Notes: generated from the letters alone by a model not told the origin. 64,000 nucleotides of DNA from Patescibacteria group bacterium (GCA_041666145.1 JBAYHK010000001.1:67810-131809), one strand, 5' to 3'; shown: positions 1-9,745, numbered from the stretch's first letter. Numbers and translations are program-made.

Positions 1-1893
1 AATCGCAGAAAGAAGTGTATCTGAAGCCTTTTGCAAAGCACTTTCCTGGTCAACTTTTGCTTGCGAAGCTTTTCCAACATCATCACCCTTTGCAATTGGC
101 GCCAACACATCGGCGTACGCAATGTAGCCACGAGCAAGGTCGACAGAGTATCGAGGATTATTCGGAGCGAGAAGAACAGCCTCTTGATATGCAGCGATTG
201 AAAATGACGCAGCATCTGCAACAAGCGGCGAGACTTCGCGATAAATATCTCCACGCAATTCCCAGTTTGTTACGTTCGTCGGCCCAAGCTCAGTCGCACG
301 AATCGATGCATTTACCGCAGCACCAATGAGCGATTTGATGAGCTCAGGATTTACATCTGTTTCTTTTGCAAGCGCAGTCACCTTCTGTAACAAGGCACTT
401 CCGAGATTTCTGTAATACACGTCGCTCCACCTGTTCGCCGATGCCGCACCATCAAGAGCAATGATCACGTCATCAATTCGTCCACCTCCAGCGCTCAACG
501 CAACGGCTCGAGCGAAAATAATATCGGCACGATATTTTGAAACCGTCGTAAATGCTACCGTTAAAATAAATACTGACGTCACTACAAAAATAAGTGCAGC
601 AATAAAACTTGCCCGTGGAGAACGATCCAATGAAAATGTCCTACGAGAAAAAACGATCGAACGAAGCGTTAATGCGAAAAGGATCCAGAAAAGAACGGTC
701 AATGTAAAATTCTGCGGATACACAAACCATGCGGCAAAAATAACCAGCCAGCCAATTAACCCTGGCAAATCTTCTGGATGTTGCGTTCGACGATATGCCA
801 AAATCGCAAGAATCGATACGGCACCGAATCCAAGAATAAATGCGATAGTCGCAAGAACACCAAATGTTGGAAGCGTTGTAAGCATTCCAGAAGATGCGCG
901 ATCAAAACGAGTGTCCCAAAATGATGTTGTGTTCAAATCTGCGCTATGAAACTTTGCAAAATCTGCAACATACGTTCCTGGACCAGTGCCAAAAAGCCAA
1001 TGCCCGTCCTGTAATGTTTCCGTTGCAATCTTCCAAGAACTTGATGTGTTCAATGAAACTTCAGAAACAAAAGGATTACTTACTAGGGTTGGAAGAATAG
1101 AAAAAAACAACCCGCTTACCAAAAGAATCATCGGAAGAATGAAACGTGTAGGGCGCGTTAAGAGCACCGGGTGGACCAAAGCGAGCGCGAAAAGCGCAGC
1201 ACTCCCAAAAATGGCAAGCCCCCAAAGCACAACATAATCAACTGCAAGCAATGTCATCAACGCCGTTATCGAAACAATTACGGTGGAGACAATCGCCAAG
1301 GTTCGCTGCAATGGAGAATCATAATTTCCAATCATGACCGCGGCAGAACCAACCAAAGACATTACAATAAGATAAACTGCCAATGCGTTTGGCATGCCAA
1401 CAAGATTCATCGGCAATACGTCAGAAGAAATACCAAAAAATGTTAAAGATGCAATAAAACCTACAAACGCCGCTCCAGCTACTGCAGCAATAGTCATTCG
1501 TCGAACTGTGCGGCTATCGAGCATCTGCGAACCAACATACGCAAGCGCTATTCCAAAAAATATCGTCACAACGCTTGTGTATTCCTGATTTGCCTGACCA
1601 AAAATACTCGTATACGAATCTGGAGAAAACACTGCGGAAAGTACTGCGCATCCAAAAAAGATTACACACGGAATCCATACCTTCCCAAAATTTACCTCAA
1701 CAGTTCGAACGAGCAGCGCTCGGCCAAGCCACGCCAAAATTGCGATAGTCGCAAGAAAATAAAAGAGTGCCTGTTTGTTGATTTCGAGCGGACTGACCGT
1801 CCACGGAAGAACAAGGACGGGTACAAGGAATGCAATCCCCTCAAATGTACGTAAAACAATAGCCCGAAGAAGAGACGGAAAATCAATTCGCAT
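1..1893 (-). CDS. Polytopic membrane protein, O-antigen-ligase-like N-terminal region plus C-terminal TPR repeats (3' end runs off the window)
   Basis: Absent from the ORF track because it has no stop in the window. Manual translation from ATG at 1893 gives MRIDFPSLLRAIVLRTFEGIAFLVPVLVLPWTVSPLEINKQ with many TM helices; near the window start it reads as TPR-like helices (ATELGPTNVTNWELRGDIY...AYQEAVLLAPNNPRY). Confidence 0.7.
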   Translation of the reverse strand, partial: MRIDFPSLLRAIVLRTFEGIAFLVPVLVLPWTVSPLEINKQALFYFLATIAILAWLGRALLVRTVEVNFGKVWIPCVIFFGCAVLSAVFSPDSYTSIFGQANQEYTSVVTIFFGIALAYVGSQMLDSRTVRRMTIAAVAGAAFVGFIASLTFFGISSDVLPMNLVGMPNALAVYLIVMSLVGSAAVMIGNYDSPLQRTLAIVSTVIVSITALMTLLAVDYVVLWGLAIFGSAALFALALVHPVLLTRPTRFILPMILLVSGLFFSILPTLVSNPFVSEVSLNTSSSWKIATETLQDGHWLFGTGPGTYVADFAKFHSADLNTTSFWDTRFDRASSGMLTTLPTFGVLATIAFILGFGAVSILAILAYRRTQHPEDLPGLIGWLVIFAAWFVYPQNFTLTVLFWILFALTLRSIVFSRRTFSLDRSPRASFIAALIFVVTSVFILTVAFTTVSKYRADIIFARAVALSAGGGRIDDVIIALDGAASANRWSDVYYRNLGSALLQKVTALAKETDVNPELIKSLIGAAVNASIRATELGPTNVTNWELRGDIYREVSPLVADAASFSIAAYQEAVLLAPNNPRYSVDLARGYIAYADVLAPIAKGDDVGKASQAKVDQESALQKASDTLLSAI

Positions 1894-1902
1894 ACAGAAA
1901 AA

Positions 1903-4900
1903 TTATAGAGCACCCTCGACAGAAGGAGAAACCGGATCAATATTGCTTGAAGTTTCTGGTGCAACAGGATCGGCAACAATAGGAGCTATAGGAGCTTGCG
2001 ATTCTTCATGAGACAAAATTTCCGACTCGACAACTTCAGAATCGACGACTGGGACAACCGCGTCTTCGCCAATAACACCATCAACAACTCCGTCATCAGC
2101 AACCGCAGGAGACTCTACAGCGTCATCAATCCCGTCCTCTGGCTCGGGAATCGGATTCGCCTCTCCCGATGTATTCGCTCCACCGGTCTCAATAACGGGA
2201 GCAGGAACTATCTCGTCAACTTCATCCTGCAAATCTTGAGACGGCGCAAAATCTCGACGATACGCAATGACTATCCAATCAACATCAACTCCGCTTGATG
2301 CCGTACCAGATTCAACAATATCAAATCCATCGACTGTTCGATTCGTAACATAAAGAGATCCAGTTGCTCCGTATGGTGTTACCAAGGCTCGATATGTTGG
2401 GTTGATGTCGATAATAGATACGAACTTCGGATCGATGTCGGAGAATCGAACAGAAGCACGGCCATGATCGAGTGCGACTGTGCCAGAAAGCTGCACAGTC
2501 ATTTCTCGAGATGCCGCAGCGTACGTCTCAACATTTTCGCCAGATACAGACTGTACTAACTGAATTAAACGCCCAGACGTTACAAGATCGCCGCTCGACT
2601 CAAGTCGCCACGAACCAGAAGATCCAGCCAATGATCCAATTGCAAGAAGTTGACCGCCATTAAAATTCAACACTCCAGACGTATCAAAATTCTCAATATC
2701 TTGAGTAAGCTTAGAAATAGAATTTTCTGCGCCTGGTCCTTCTTCAACTGGTGTACCGGCGTAATATGAAACATTGACGTAAACAACGATCGATCCAGTT
2801 ATGCCAGAGAATGATTCAGCTGCATATCCAAGAATTGGCCCGGCTTCGGTAGCTCTCATTGCAAAGCCTGGCATAGATGCTGTTGTGAGTGGGTCACCAA
2901 TGTGAATCGCGCCATTTTCTGTAGAGACAAATGTTGGCACACGACCGGCCAATGCAATAGGATAACTACCAGCGCGATTTTCTCCAGCAAGGAATCCTGG
3001 CTTTGTAGAAACAATTCCAGCGACTATTTGGCTATACGTCTCACCAGTCGATCGTTTTACATACTGGCCCTCATCACCAAAAACAACGACTTCTCCTGGC
3101 TGGAGTCCATCTCTTGAGGCAAACATTTCAGCGAAGTCATATGAACCCGTTGCCCAGCCAGAAGAATTTGTTCGCATGAAACTTCCACCAATACCAGCTG
3201 AACCATCGTAATAAATATATGCAGAATCCTGGACTGCCCCACGATCTGAAGGATAAAATTTCCCCGCGAGTGACAAATCTCCGGAATGACTAATCGAGGC
3301 GACTTCAATTCCATCATTATTCGTTACAGACAGCCGATAATCATCTGCCGCAGCAACCGTAGTGCGCAATGACATTTCCCGCGTCTCCGCAAATGCCCCG
3401 GTCCATGCAGATCCTCGAAGTTCAAGATTCGCCGAGTTCATGGCAGAAGTCGCGCTCGTTGCTGCCGTTACTGCAGCAATCGCAAGACTTCCAGAAACCT
3501 GAGTCGCGGATCCATTCTTGGTAAAAACATCTCCCGCATACCAATGCGGCTGAACAAGAACACGAATTGTTCCGGAACCGCTCAAAAGCGACTCAAGAGC
3601 AAAACCAATAATGCGTGTTGGGCCATTTGCTTTAGCGCCATATCCCTCAACTGTCGTTGATACTGCAATTGGATCGCCAACAGAAATCGCGCCATGATCT
3701 GTATTCACCTTTGTATCAATCTGCCCAACAAGACCAACCAAGCGATACGCAGGATTATTTCGCAAGTCTTCTGCTCCATCTCCAACAATATTTCCAATAA
3801 ATGCTGGATTTGTAGAAATAACACCAAGAACATTTTGCGCTCCTAAAGAACATCTCTCAACATGACTCGGATTTAACGAATCTGTACAAGCGAGCAATGA
3901 CGCCTGTAGCAATCCATCTGTTGTTGAAAAGTATTCAGCAAAGTCAGCACCAGCACCAGAAAATGCACCATCTGCATACACATCACCAGCACTTGTTATG
4001 CGGAATTCAGTGTCTGACGCAGCCCCGCCACTCGCAATACCAGAACGAAGTATTACCGCGTCATCCGCACTAGGATCTTCAAAAATGTCTATAACCAAAG
4101 CGTTATTGCCAGTATCATCCGCAACATGTGCACTTGTAGTATTTTGAGTAATAATAAGGCCAATTGAACCCGTTCCACCTTTATTACTAATCTTGAGTAC
4201 ATCTCCAGAACCACCGCTCGTATCCAAATTCTCCAATGAAACCAATGTTCCGGAATATTCTGTGGGACCAAGGTCGTCGCCTCGAGTAATGTTTAACGCA
4301 GAGCCAGACGTTAATGAATTCAACGTCCACTCCGATGCATTCTCTGTAGTAACAGCGGAAGTAAAAGAAATCTCAGAAAAGCTGCTTGCACTTCCAAGCG
4401 TTAACATTCCTTCTGCATCTAAAGAGCCAAGAAACATCGCATCTCCTTCGGCATCAACGGTAAATCTATCCACGCTACTCACACTAACACCAAAAAGCAT
4501 TTCATTAGCCACAACTCCAGCGACGTCTGGATTTACAGATAATGAAGCACCAGTTCCCGCCGAAGTCTGCGGCGCACCTGTAATGACTAAATTACCAAAA
4601 CTATTAAATGCAGGAATCATCTTCACCGTAGATCCAATAATAGTAGAATCCATTCCGTCAAGAACATCGGCGTTCATTGCGTATGGCGTAGCAAGCATTT
4701 GCTTGCGCGGCAGCAATGATTCTCCGTTAACCGTTACCTGTAAATAAACGCTTGCGTTCTCTGAAAAAACTTCAGAGCCTATGGCCGCATAGTCCCCGCC
4801 ACCAAGCGCCTCAGAAAATAATCCGGCATTAAGTGTTACGTTTCGGGCAGCAACAGACGCGCAAGTTGCAGAATTATTCGACCATAAACACGTTCCTGCC

Positions 4901-5139
4901 GTTGGGTCAGTATAAAACGCAAACGACATAAGCATCGAGGTATCAGACAAAGGAACGTTATTGCTATTCAATAAACGCCCTTGATACATCACGATGCGCG
5001 GTGGAGCAGCGGGAGTCGCCTGAACACGCGCAATGCCAACATATCCACCCGCCACAAGAACACATGCAAAAATAAAGCTTGCAAAGAGACGCTTTGCAAA
5101 CATTGAAAAGGAAAAAATCTTCACATCCCCCCTGGTCAT
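1903..5139 (-). CDS. Large secreted fibre/tailspike-like surface protein with two Peptidase_G2-like (intramolecular chaperone, autocleavage) domains and an acidic C-terminal tail
   Basis: Signal peptide; N-terminal YQGRLL motif; two copies of the (A/Y)DFAE(Y/M)F ... G(V/I)(I/V)ST.P.F ... L.G.(I/V)...V....GAI..GDP signature; Gly/Ser/Thr-rich beta repeats. Confidence 0.7.
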   Translation of the reverse strand: MTRGDVKIFSFSMFAKRLFASFIFACVLVAGGYVGIARVQATPAAPPRIVMYQGRLLNSNNVPLSDTSMLMSFAFYTDPTAGTCLWSNNSATCASVAARNVTLNAGLFSEALGGGDYAAIGSEVFSENASVYLQVTVNGESLLPRKQMLATPYAMNADVLDGMDSTIIGSTVKMIPAFNSFGNLVITGAPQTSAGTGASLSVNPDVAGVVANEMLFGVSVSSVDRFTVDAEGDAMFLGSLDAEGMLTLGSASSFSEISFTSAVTTENASEWTLNSLTSGSALNITRGDDLGPTEYSGTLVSLENLDTSGGSGDVLKISNKGGTGSIGLIITQNTTSAHVADDTGNNALVIDIFEDPSADDAVILRSGIASGGAASDTEFRITSAGDVYADGAFSGAGADFAEYFSTTDGLLQASLLACTDSLNPSHVERCSLGAQNVLGVISTNPAFIGNIVGDGAEDLRNNPAYRLVGLVGQIDTKVNTDHGAISVGDPIAVSTTVEGYGAKANGPTRIIGFALESLLSGSGTIRVLVQPHWYAGDVFTKNGSATQVSGSLAIAAVTAATSATSAMNSANLELRGSAWTGAFAETREMSLRTTVAAADDYRLSVTNNDGIEVASISHSGDLSLAGKFYPSDRGAVQDSAYIYYDGSAGIGGSFMRTNSSGWATGSYDFAEMFASRDGLQPGEVVVFGDEGQYVKRSTGETYSQIVAGIVSTKPGFLAGENRAGSYPIALAGRVPTFVSTENGAIHIGDPLTTASMPGFAMRATEAGPILGYAAESFSGITGSIVVYVNVSYYAGTPVEEGPGAENSISKLTQDIENFDTSGVLNFNGGQLLAIGSLAGSSGSWRLESSGDLVTSGRLIQLVQSVSGENVETYAAASREMTVQLSGTVALDHGRASVRFSDIDPKFVSIIDINPTYRALVTPYGATGSLYVTNRTVDGFDIVESGTASSGVDVDWIVIAYRRDFAPSQDLQDEVDEIVPAPVIETGGANTSGEANPIPEPEDGIDDAVESPAVADDGVVDGVIGEDAVVPVVDSEVVESEILSHEESQAPIAPIVADPVAPETSSNIDPVSPSVEGAL

Positions 5140-7079
5140 ACGGGCTTTTTCCGCTCAAGCGGAACATCAACTACCATCGGCTCAGGCTCACGCTTCTGTC
5201 GGTAATCAATCGGACGAACAGTCCGCTCTTCATATCCGGCCTTATTCGTAGTCACGAAATATTCGTTTGGACCAACAATGAAACTATACCGACCAAGCGC
5301 ATCAGAAATCGTTGATTCCACAAGTTTATTATACTTTGGTTCAAAGAGTCGAATGATCGCATTGCCCACAGGACGCCTTGTTTTCACATCATAAACAACG
5401 CCCCAACCTCGAGGCTTCTTTGGCCGAGCAAGGCGCCAGAATAAAATGAAAACTATAACCTGAAGAACAACGAGCCCGATGGTGAACAATGAGGGCGACA
5501 AGAAACAGGCAACAATGGAAAGAAACGAACCGGAAAGTGAAAAAACAAACTGTAATCTTCGCAAAAGCCTTCTACGGAAAATGTATTTTGGCTCTTGTAT
5601 TTTCTGATCTTGCGCAACGTCAAGCGGAATGTTCGCTGCAATCGTCGCGTCTCTATCAGTAACTTCAACAATTTGACCCGTATAGACATCAAGAAAAACG
5701 CCGTCATCCTTCACTCCAGTTAAATACGTACTCGGAAAAATAAATCCGTTTCTCGTAACGGCAACCCTATACTGTCCGGGGCTCGCAACGAAAAAATATT
5801 TTCCGTCAACGCCAGTAACCATTGAGTTCAAAAGGCGTCCTGTAGCAATATTGTATAAACGAACGATTGCAAGATCGACAGGAACTTTTGTCACCGCATT
5901 GTAAACAATACCAAAAGCCCTTCGTCTCCTACGAGAAATGAACAGGAATGGCGAAGTGAAAAGAAATTGCAAATACGAAAATAAATTAAACGACGTTGCA
6001 AGAATTGCTATTGTTGCGACCGCGGCAGCAAGCCCCAAGGGAACTGCAACATCTACTACTGCAGTTCTGATATCTAACAAAACACGATCTTCTTGCACTT
6101 CCTCTACAGTTACCGATTCTACTATCGGCGGCAGAGAAAGCTCTGGCTCTTCTGACTCAAAAATAGGCTCCTCTATTGGCAACACCGGAAGAACTTCTGT
6201 TCCCTCCTCTTTAACAACGTCAATAACCTCATTACCGACGTCTTCCAAAAAATCCTGTAAAACATCTGGAACGTAAGCACTGCCTTCAGAATTATCTGAA
6301 GGTGATTCCTCATAAAAGTTATCTGGCGGATAGCCAGGGACTTCCGGAACCACAGGAATCTCTGCTACAGGCTCTTCGTCTATTGGTACCTCTGGTACAA
6401 CAGGAACAACAGGAACCTCGGGCCCCTCATCCGATTCTTCTTCTGGAAATGGAACATATCCGCCGTCTGGGCGGTCTCCTCCACCGCCACCAGGAGACAA
6501 CTGGGTTGGCACAGTCGCACCAACCGTCGGTCCTCCAGTTGATGTTATCTCCAAAATAAGAGAACCATGATTTCCGATCAAACCACTTTCGCCTTCTTTT
6601 AGTTTTATAAAATAGGAATTCACCACTGACGGGTTTGTAATCCGGTTTATTCCGGAACCAAAAGTGTGAGCATTCGTTCCGACTTCAATAGTCACGACGC
6701 TTCCTGTCGCTATAGACCCCCCATCCCCAGCACATATTCCCAAGCTCAGATTCTGACCCGTGACTGTTACGGAAACATTATCAGACGCAAGGCAATCAGA
6801 AGCTGTTGTGAGTTGAATATAGTCATCTGCAATGTCAACGTCATCTTCGGTTATTGCCGCTAAGTCAAACCCCACAGGAAAGGTAAACAAGACGGAAGAT
6901 CCCTCGGGAATGTTCGTGACTGTAGTAAAAACAAATTTATGGTTTGATCCCATCGATGCCTGCATGCTCGTTGGCTGATCTGTAAAGTCTATAACGGTAG
7001 CAGCGAAAAGCTTACACGGAAAAAATGCGATAAAAATCGCAAAGAAGAAAATAACATTTTTAAAAATAATCCTCCGCAT
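5136..7079 (-). CDS. Membrane-anchored surface protein with an acidic Pro/Glu linker and two carboxypeptidase-regulatory-like (SdrD B-like) domains
   Basis: Signal peptide, PEVP repeats, TM segments, and two G.VY...T..PV..AI.RL....T/S...G.Y.F...PG.Y repeats. Confidence 0.65.
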   Translation of the reverse strand: MRRIIFKNVIFFFAIFIAFFPCKLFAATVIDFTDQPTSMQASMGSNHKFVFTTVTNIPEGSSVLFTFPVGFDLAAITEDDVDIADDYIQLTTASDCLASDNVSVTVTGQNLSLGICAGDGGSIATGSVVTIEVGTNAHTFGSGINRITNPSVVNSYFIKLKEGESGLIGNHGSLILEITSTGGPTVGATVPTQLSPGGGGGDRPDGGYVPFPEEESDEGPEVPVVPVVPEVPIDEEPVAEIPVVPEVPGYPPDNFYEESPSDNSEGSAYVPDVLQDFLEDVGNEVIDVVKEEGTEVLPVLPIEEPIFESEEPELSLPPIVESVTVEEVQEDRVLLDIRTAVVDVAVPLGLAAAVATIAILATSFNLFSYLQFLFTSPFLFISRRRRRAFGIVYNAVTKVPVDLAIVRLYNIATGRLLNSMVTGVDGKYFFVASPGQYRVAVTRNGFIFPSTYLTGVKDDGVFLDVYTGQIVEVTDRDATIAANIPLDVAQDQKIQEPKYIFRRRLLRRLQFVFSLSGSFLSIVACFLSPSLFTIGLVVLQVIVFILFWRLARPKKPRGWGVVYDVKTRRPVGNAIIRLFEPKYNKLVESTISDALGRYSFIVGPNEYFVTTNKAGYEERTVRPIDYRQKREPEPMVVDVPLERKKPV

Positions 7080-7083
7080 GAAA

Positions 7084-7899
7084 TTATCGTCGACGAAGTA
7101 CCAAGATCACGCCACCGACCGTACCAGCAAAGAAAACGAGCGGAATCCAACGGATGCCAGCATCAACGTCTGAACATGACGATGATAAAAAATCTGTCTC
7201 AAAGGAAAAATGCATCGGACCAAATGCCCACCACGGCACCGATAGTTCGTCACTCGTCCAAGAACGTGTCTGGCCAGCAAGTACACGACGGTGAAGAGGA
7301 TTGCTTTCTATCGCTGAAAACGCAATGTCGAATGGCCCTTTAAGCACGATTTTACCCTCATCGTACAGTATACCCTGGCCCTCATTTTGCAGCGTAATAT
7401 TAAAAGATCCATTTTGATTTTTAGAAAAGCTTTTACAGATAATCAATGGAGCTGGAGACCCGACCGTGATAAAGACTAAAGTCGCAGTGCCGTGTGCAAA
7501 AGAAATTGCCCCCTCTATTACATTAGTAACAAGGATTGCAAATACATATGACCCAGATTGAACGCTCGAATCAGGGTTCACGATAAACACAAGATCGCTA
7601 AAAGTCTCCGACTCAATATTCGCATTTGACTTCGAAAACGAGATCCACGAAACATCATCAGCGGCCGAACCAAGATTCGGAGATCCGTCTTCCGCAAACG
7701 AAACATGAACAATCGAAAACCTTGCATCAGTAGACTTCAAAATGGTCTTTTCAACAGGTAGCGTAAAGGTCTTCTGATCACCCTGAAAAACACTAACGTC
7801 TATCGCCGAAGGAGCAGGGGAAGCTAACACCAAACCTGGAAAACCCAAAAAAATAAAACACGTCAACACGATAGTTTTAATAAATCGCTCAAAGCGCAT
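7084..7899 (-). CDS. Secreted Ig-fold protein with C-terminal TM anchor (DUF916/pilus-chaperone-like)
   Basis: Likely start is ATG 7899 (MRFERFIKT), just after the upstream gene's stop. Signal peptide, beta-rich body (NITLQNEG), C-terminal TM followed by RRR. Confidence 0.5.
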   Translation of the reverse strand: MRFERFIKTIVLTCFIFLGFPGLVLASPAPSAIDVSVFQGDQKTFTLPVEKTILKSTDARFSIVHVSFAEDGSPNLGSAADDVSWISFSKSNANIESETFSDLVFIVNPDSSVQSGSYVFAILVTNVIEGAISFAHGTATLVFITVGSPAPLIICKSFSKNQNGSFNITLQNEGQGILYDEGKIVLKGPFDIAFSAIESNPLHRRVLAGQTRSWTSDELSVPWWAFGPMHFSFETDFLSSSCSDVDAGIRWIPLVFFAGTVGGVILVLRRR

Positions 7900-7903
7900 A
7901 TCC

Positions 7904-8833
7904 CTAGTACTCTCCAACAAAAATCGCCGTAAGAACCTGACTATATCTTCCGCCTGCTTGCGACGAAGAAATCCCAACCTTAAGCGTAACAAAACCTGGA
8001 ATTACAAACGGGTGAGCAGATTCGCTAGCAACGAGAAGCGGAGTCGATGAAAAGGCCGTATCCTGAGTGTCGAATGTCGACAATGATAATGAAGGATCCG
8101 AGGAACGCCCTCCATATTCGCTCGACCCCGATGAAACTGATCCATCTGTAACTCCGGGAATAAAATCCGAATCGGAACGAAGGTCTCCGTCGGAAAAAAT
8201 ATAAACAGAATAGCCATCATCTACGTCCGCAGTTGCTGTCCATCCAATCGTGTGAGTGGCGACGCTGGAATTCAATAAAGTACCAAAATTAATGGACGAA
8301 GAAGTCCCCATTCGGTAAACATAGTCGTTTACGCCATCAATAGTAGGGATAGGACCAGCTAATGGAACTGGGATTGTAATCACCGGACTAGAAATCCCAG
8401 AAGCCTGAACCATTGTCGTCACCTGGTCTTCCCCCTCATCCTGAACAACTAAAATATAATCGCCTGCAGAAAACTCTGAGGTTGAAGTAACAGTAATCTC
8501 TCCTCCTCCTACCAGTGGTGTGTACCGAAGAGCGGCGACCTGCGTGCTCCTATCTTGAATATAAGGGATATAGCTAATAACGCGATTGTAAACGCCAGCC
8601 CGAAACCCCTGAGAAATTGAATAACTGTCAGAGGAAGCCGTACTCGATGCCGAATCCGAAATGCTCCCCCGTAAATTATAAGAAGTCGACGAAGAGTCTC
8701 CTCCTCCTGAAGAAATCTCATCCCATTGAATCTGATAATTCGTAGAAGTCATTCCAGCTAAAACAAAGCTAGATCGAAAAGTGCAAAATATTGCAAATAT
8801 AAGCAAAATAAATACTATCTTTTTTCTAAACAT
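7904..8833 (-). CDS. Secreted Ser/Thr-rich surface protein (WxL/pilin-like C-terminus)
   Basis: Signal peptide; STNYQIQWDEISSGGGDSSSTSYNL motif; ends AGGRYSQVLTAIFVGEY, resembling the last strand of WxL/CS1-type subunits. Confidence 0.5.
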   Translation of the reverse strand: MFRKKIVFILLIFAIFCTFRSSFVLAGMTSTNYQIQWDEISSGGGDSSSTSYNLRGSISDSASSTASSDSYSISQGFRAGVYNRVISYIPYIQDRSTQVAALRYTPLVGGGEITVTSTSEFSAGDYILVVQDEGEDQVTTMVQASGISSPVITIPVPLAGPIPTIDGVNDYVYRMGTSSSINFGTLLNSSVATHTIGWTATADVDDGYSVYIFSDGDLRSDSDFIPGVTDGSVSSGSSEYGGRSSDPSLSLSTFDTQDTAFSSTPLLVASESAHPFVIPGFVTLKVGISSSQAGGRYSQVLTAIFVGEY

Positions 8834-8905
8834 AATCTTAGCCGTTCTCTATAAACTCCATAATGCGTCATGTGAGAATTGAAAACAACGCAAAAGAACA
8901 CACTC

Positions 8906-8914
8906 TGTGGATAA
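8906..8914 (-). promoter_or_regulatory. DnaA box
   Basis: TGTGGATAA is a perfect TTATCCACA on the minus strand; a near-match TTATCAACA lies at 9008-9016. Confidence 0.55.
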
Positions 8915-9017
8915 AGTATGGATATCCCTGTTTATATTCGGTGTCTATGTTAATAATACATATTTGTCTACACCTTTGTAGACAAACTTATTCGATGAAA
9001 TCGGAGTTTATCAACAA

Positions 9018-9033
9018 GGTTTCACGTGAAACA
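9018..9033. promoter_or_regulatory. parS site 1
   Basis: GGTTTCACGTGAAACA, one mismatch to the consensus TGTTTCACGTGAAACA. Confidence 0.85.
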
Positions 9034-9242
9034 TCGAAAATATAACTCTCTCTCCGGCCTTGCAGCCGGGGTTTCTCGTGCTAATCGATCGTTCGTTCTC
9101 GCTACTCATCTTGAAGCGAGCTCGAATGGAGACTGCATCCTCGACCTAACGGTACGAGGCTTTACGCTGGACGAATAAAAACTAAACGAGAAATCCAGGA
9201 GCAAAATTGCCCTAAGGCGCCATTTTCACAAATCCTAAAAAC

Positions 9243-9258
9243 TGTTTCACGTGAAACA
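9243..9258. promoter_or_regulatory. parS site 2
   Basis: Perfect TGTTTCACGTGAAACA. Confidence 0.92.
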
Positions 9259-9324
9259 TTAAAATCGGATGACGGCAAATCTCTAGACGGCAAACCAATT
9301 CAAAAATCTCCTTTTAAGGGTTTT

Positions 9325-9424
9325 CCTCGCAGCTTGCTGCGTTTCCACTCTTAGGCAGAAGAAGCTAATCAATTGAGCCCCGATGCCTCGCCGAAGCTCT
9401 GCGAGGGCACAGCTTGCTGCGAGG
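9325..9424. repeat. REP-like palindromic element (CAGCTTGCTGCG units in inverted frame)
   Basis: CCTCGCAGCTTGCTGCG at 9325 and CAGCTTGCTGCGAGG at 9410, with an internal CCTCGCCGAAGCTCTGCGAGG hairpin. Confidence 0.45.
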
Positions 9425-9466
9425 AGGTTCATCGATAATTTCCGAACAAATCAATTCAACCCATTT

Positions 9467-9482
9467 TGTTTCACGTGAAACA
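9467..9482. promoter_or_regulatory. parS site 3
   Basis: Perfect TGTTTCACGTGAAACA. Confidence 0.92.
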
Positions 9483-9512
9483 AAACACCCGCACTTTACA
9501 TGCGGGTGTTTT
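9482..9512 (-). terminator. Intrinsic terminator after tRNA-Ala
   Basis: AAAACACCCGCA-ctttaca-TGCGGGTGTTTT hairpin. Confidence 0.75.
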
Positions 9513-9513
9513 G

Positions 9514-9589
9514 TGGTGGACCTGAGCGGATTCGAACCGCTGGCCTCTGCAATGCGAATGCAGCGCTCTACCAACTGAGCTACAGGCCC
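9514..9589 (-). tRNA. tRNA-Ala(CGC)
   Basis: GGGCCTGTAGCTCAGTTGGTAGAGCGCTGCATTCGCATTGCAG...TTCGAAT...TCCACCA; cloverleaf with G3-U70. Confidence 0.93.
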
Positions 9590-9683
9590 AAATTTTGACC
9601 TTAGGCGAGATTTAAATCTCGAACTCCTTTCTTTTTCAGAACCAAATCTGAAAATCAATAGTCTCGAAGCCCATTCCAAGATA

Positions 9684-9699
9684 TGTTTCACGTGAAACA
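9684..9699. promoter_or_regulatory. parS site 4, inside a 28-bp perfect palindrome (9678-9705)
   Basis: AAGATATGTTTCACGTGAAACATATCTT. Confidence 0.92.
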
Positions 9700-9745
9700 T
9701 ATCTTTACATCCAATTCTTCAACTAAAAAATTTCAGATCAAAACC

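Noticed and set aside
15-1588. Plus-strand ORFs in the track, and most short ORFs overlapping long genes elsewhere
   Set aside because: They are antisense or out-of-frame shadows of real genes, here the minus-strand membrane/TPR gene.
8880-9050. oriC at the parS cluster
   Set aside because: Only one perfect DnaA box and no visible strand-composition switch. The dnaA-dnaN region has the trio module and the apparent skew change.
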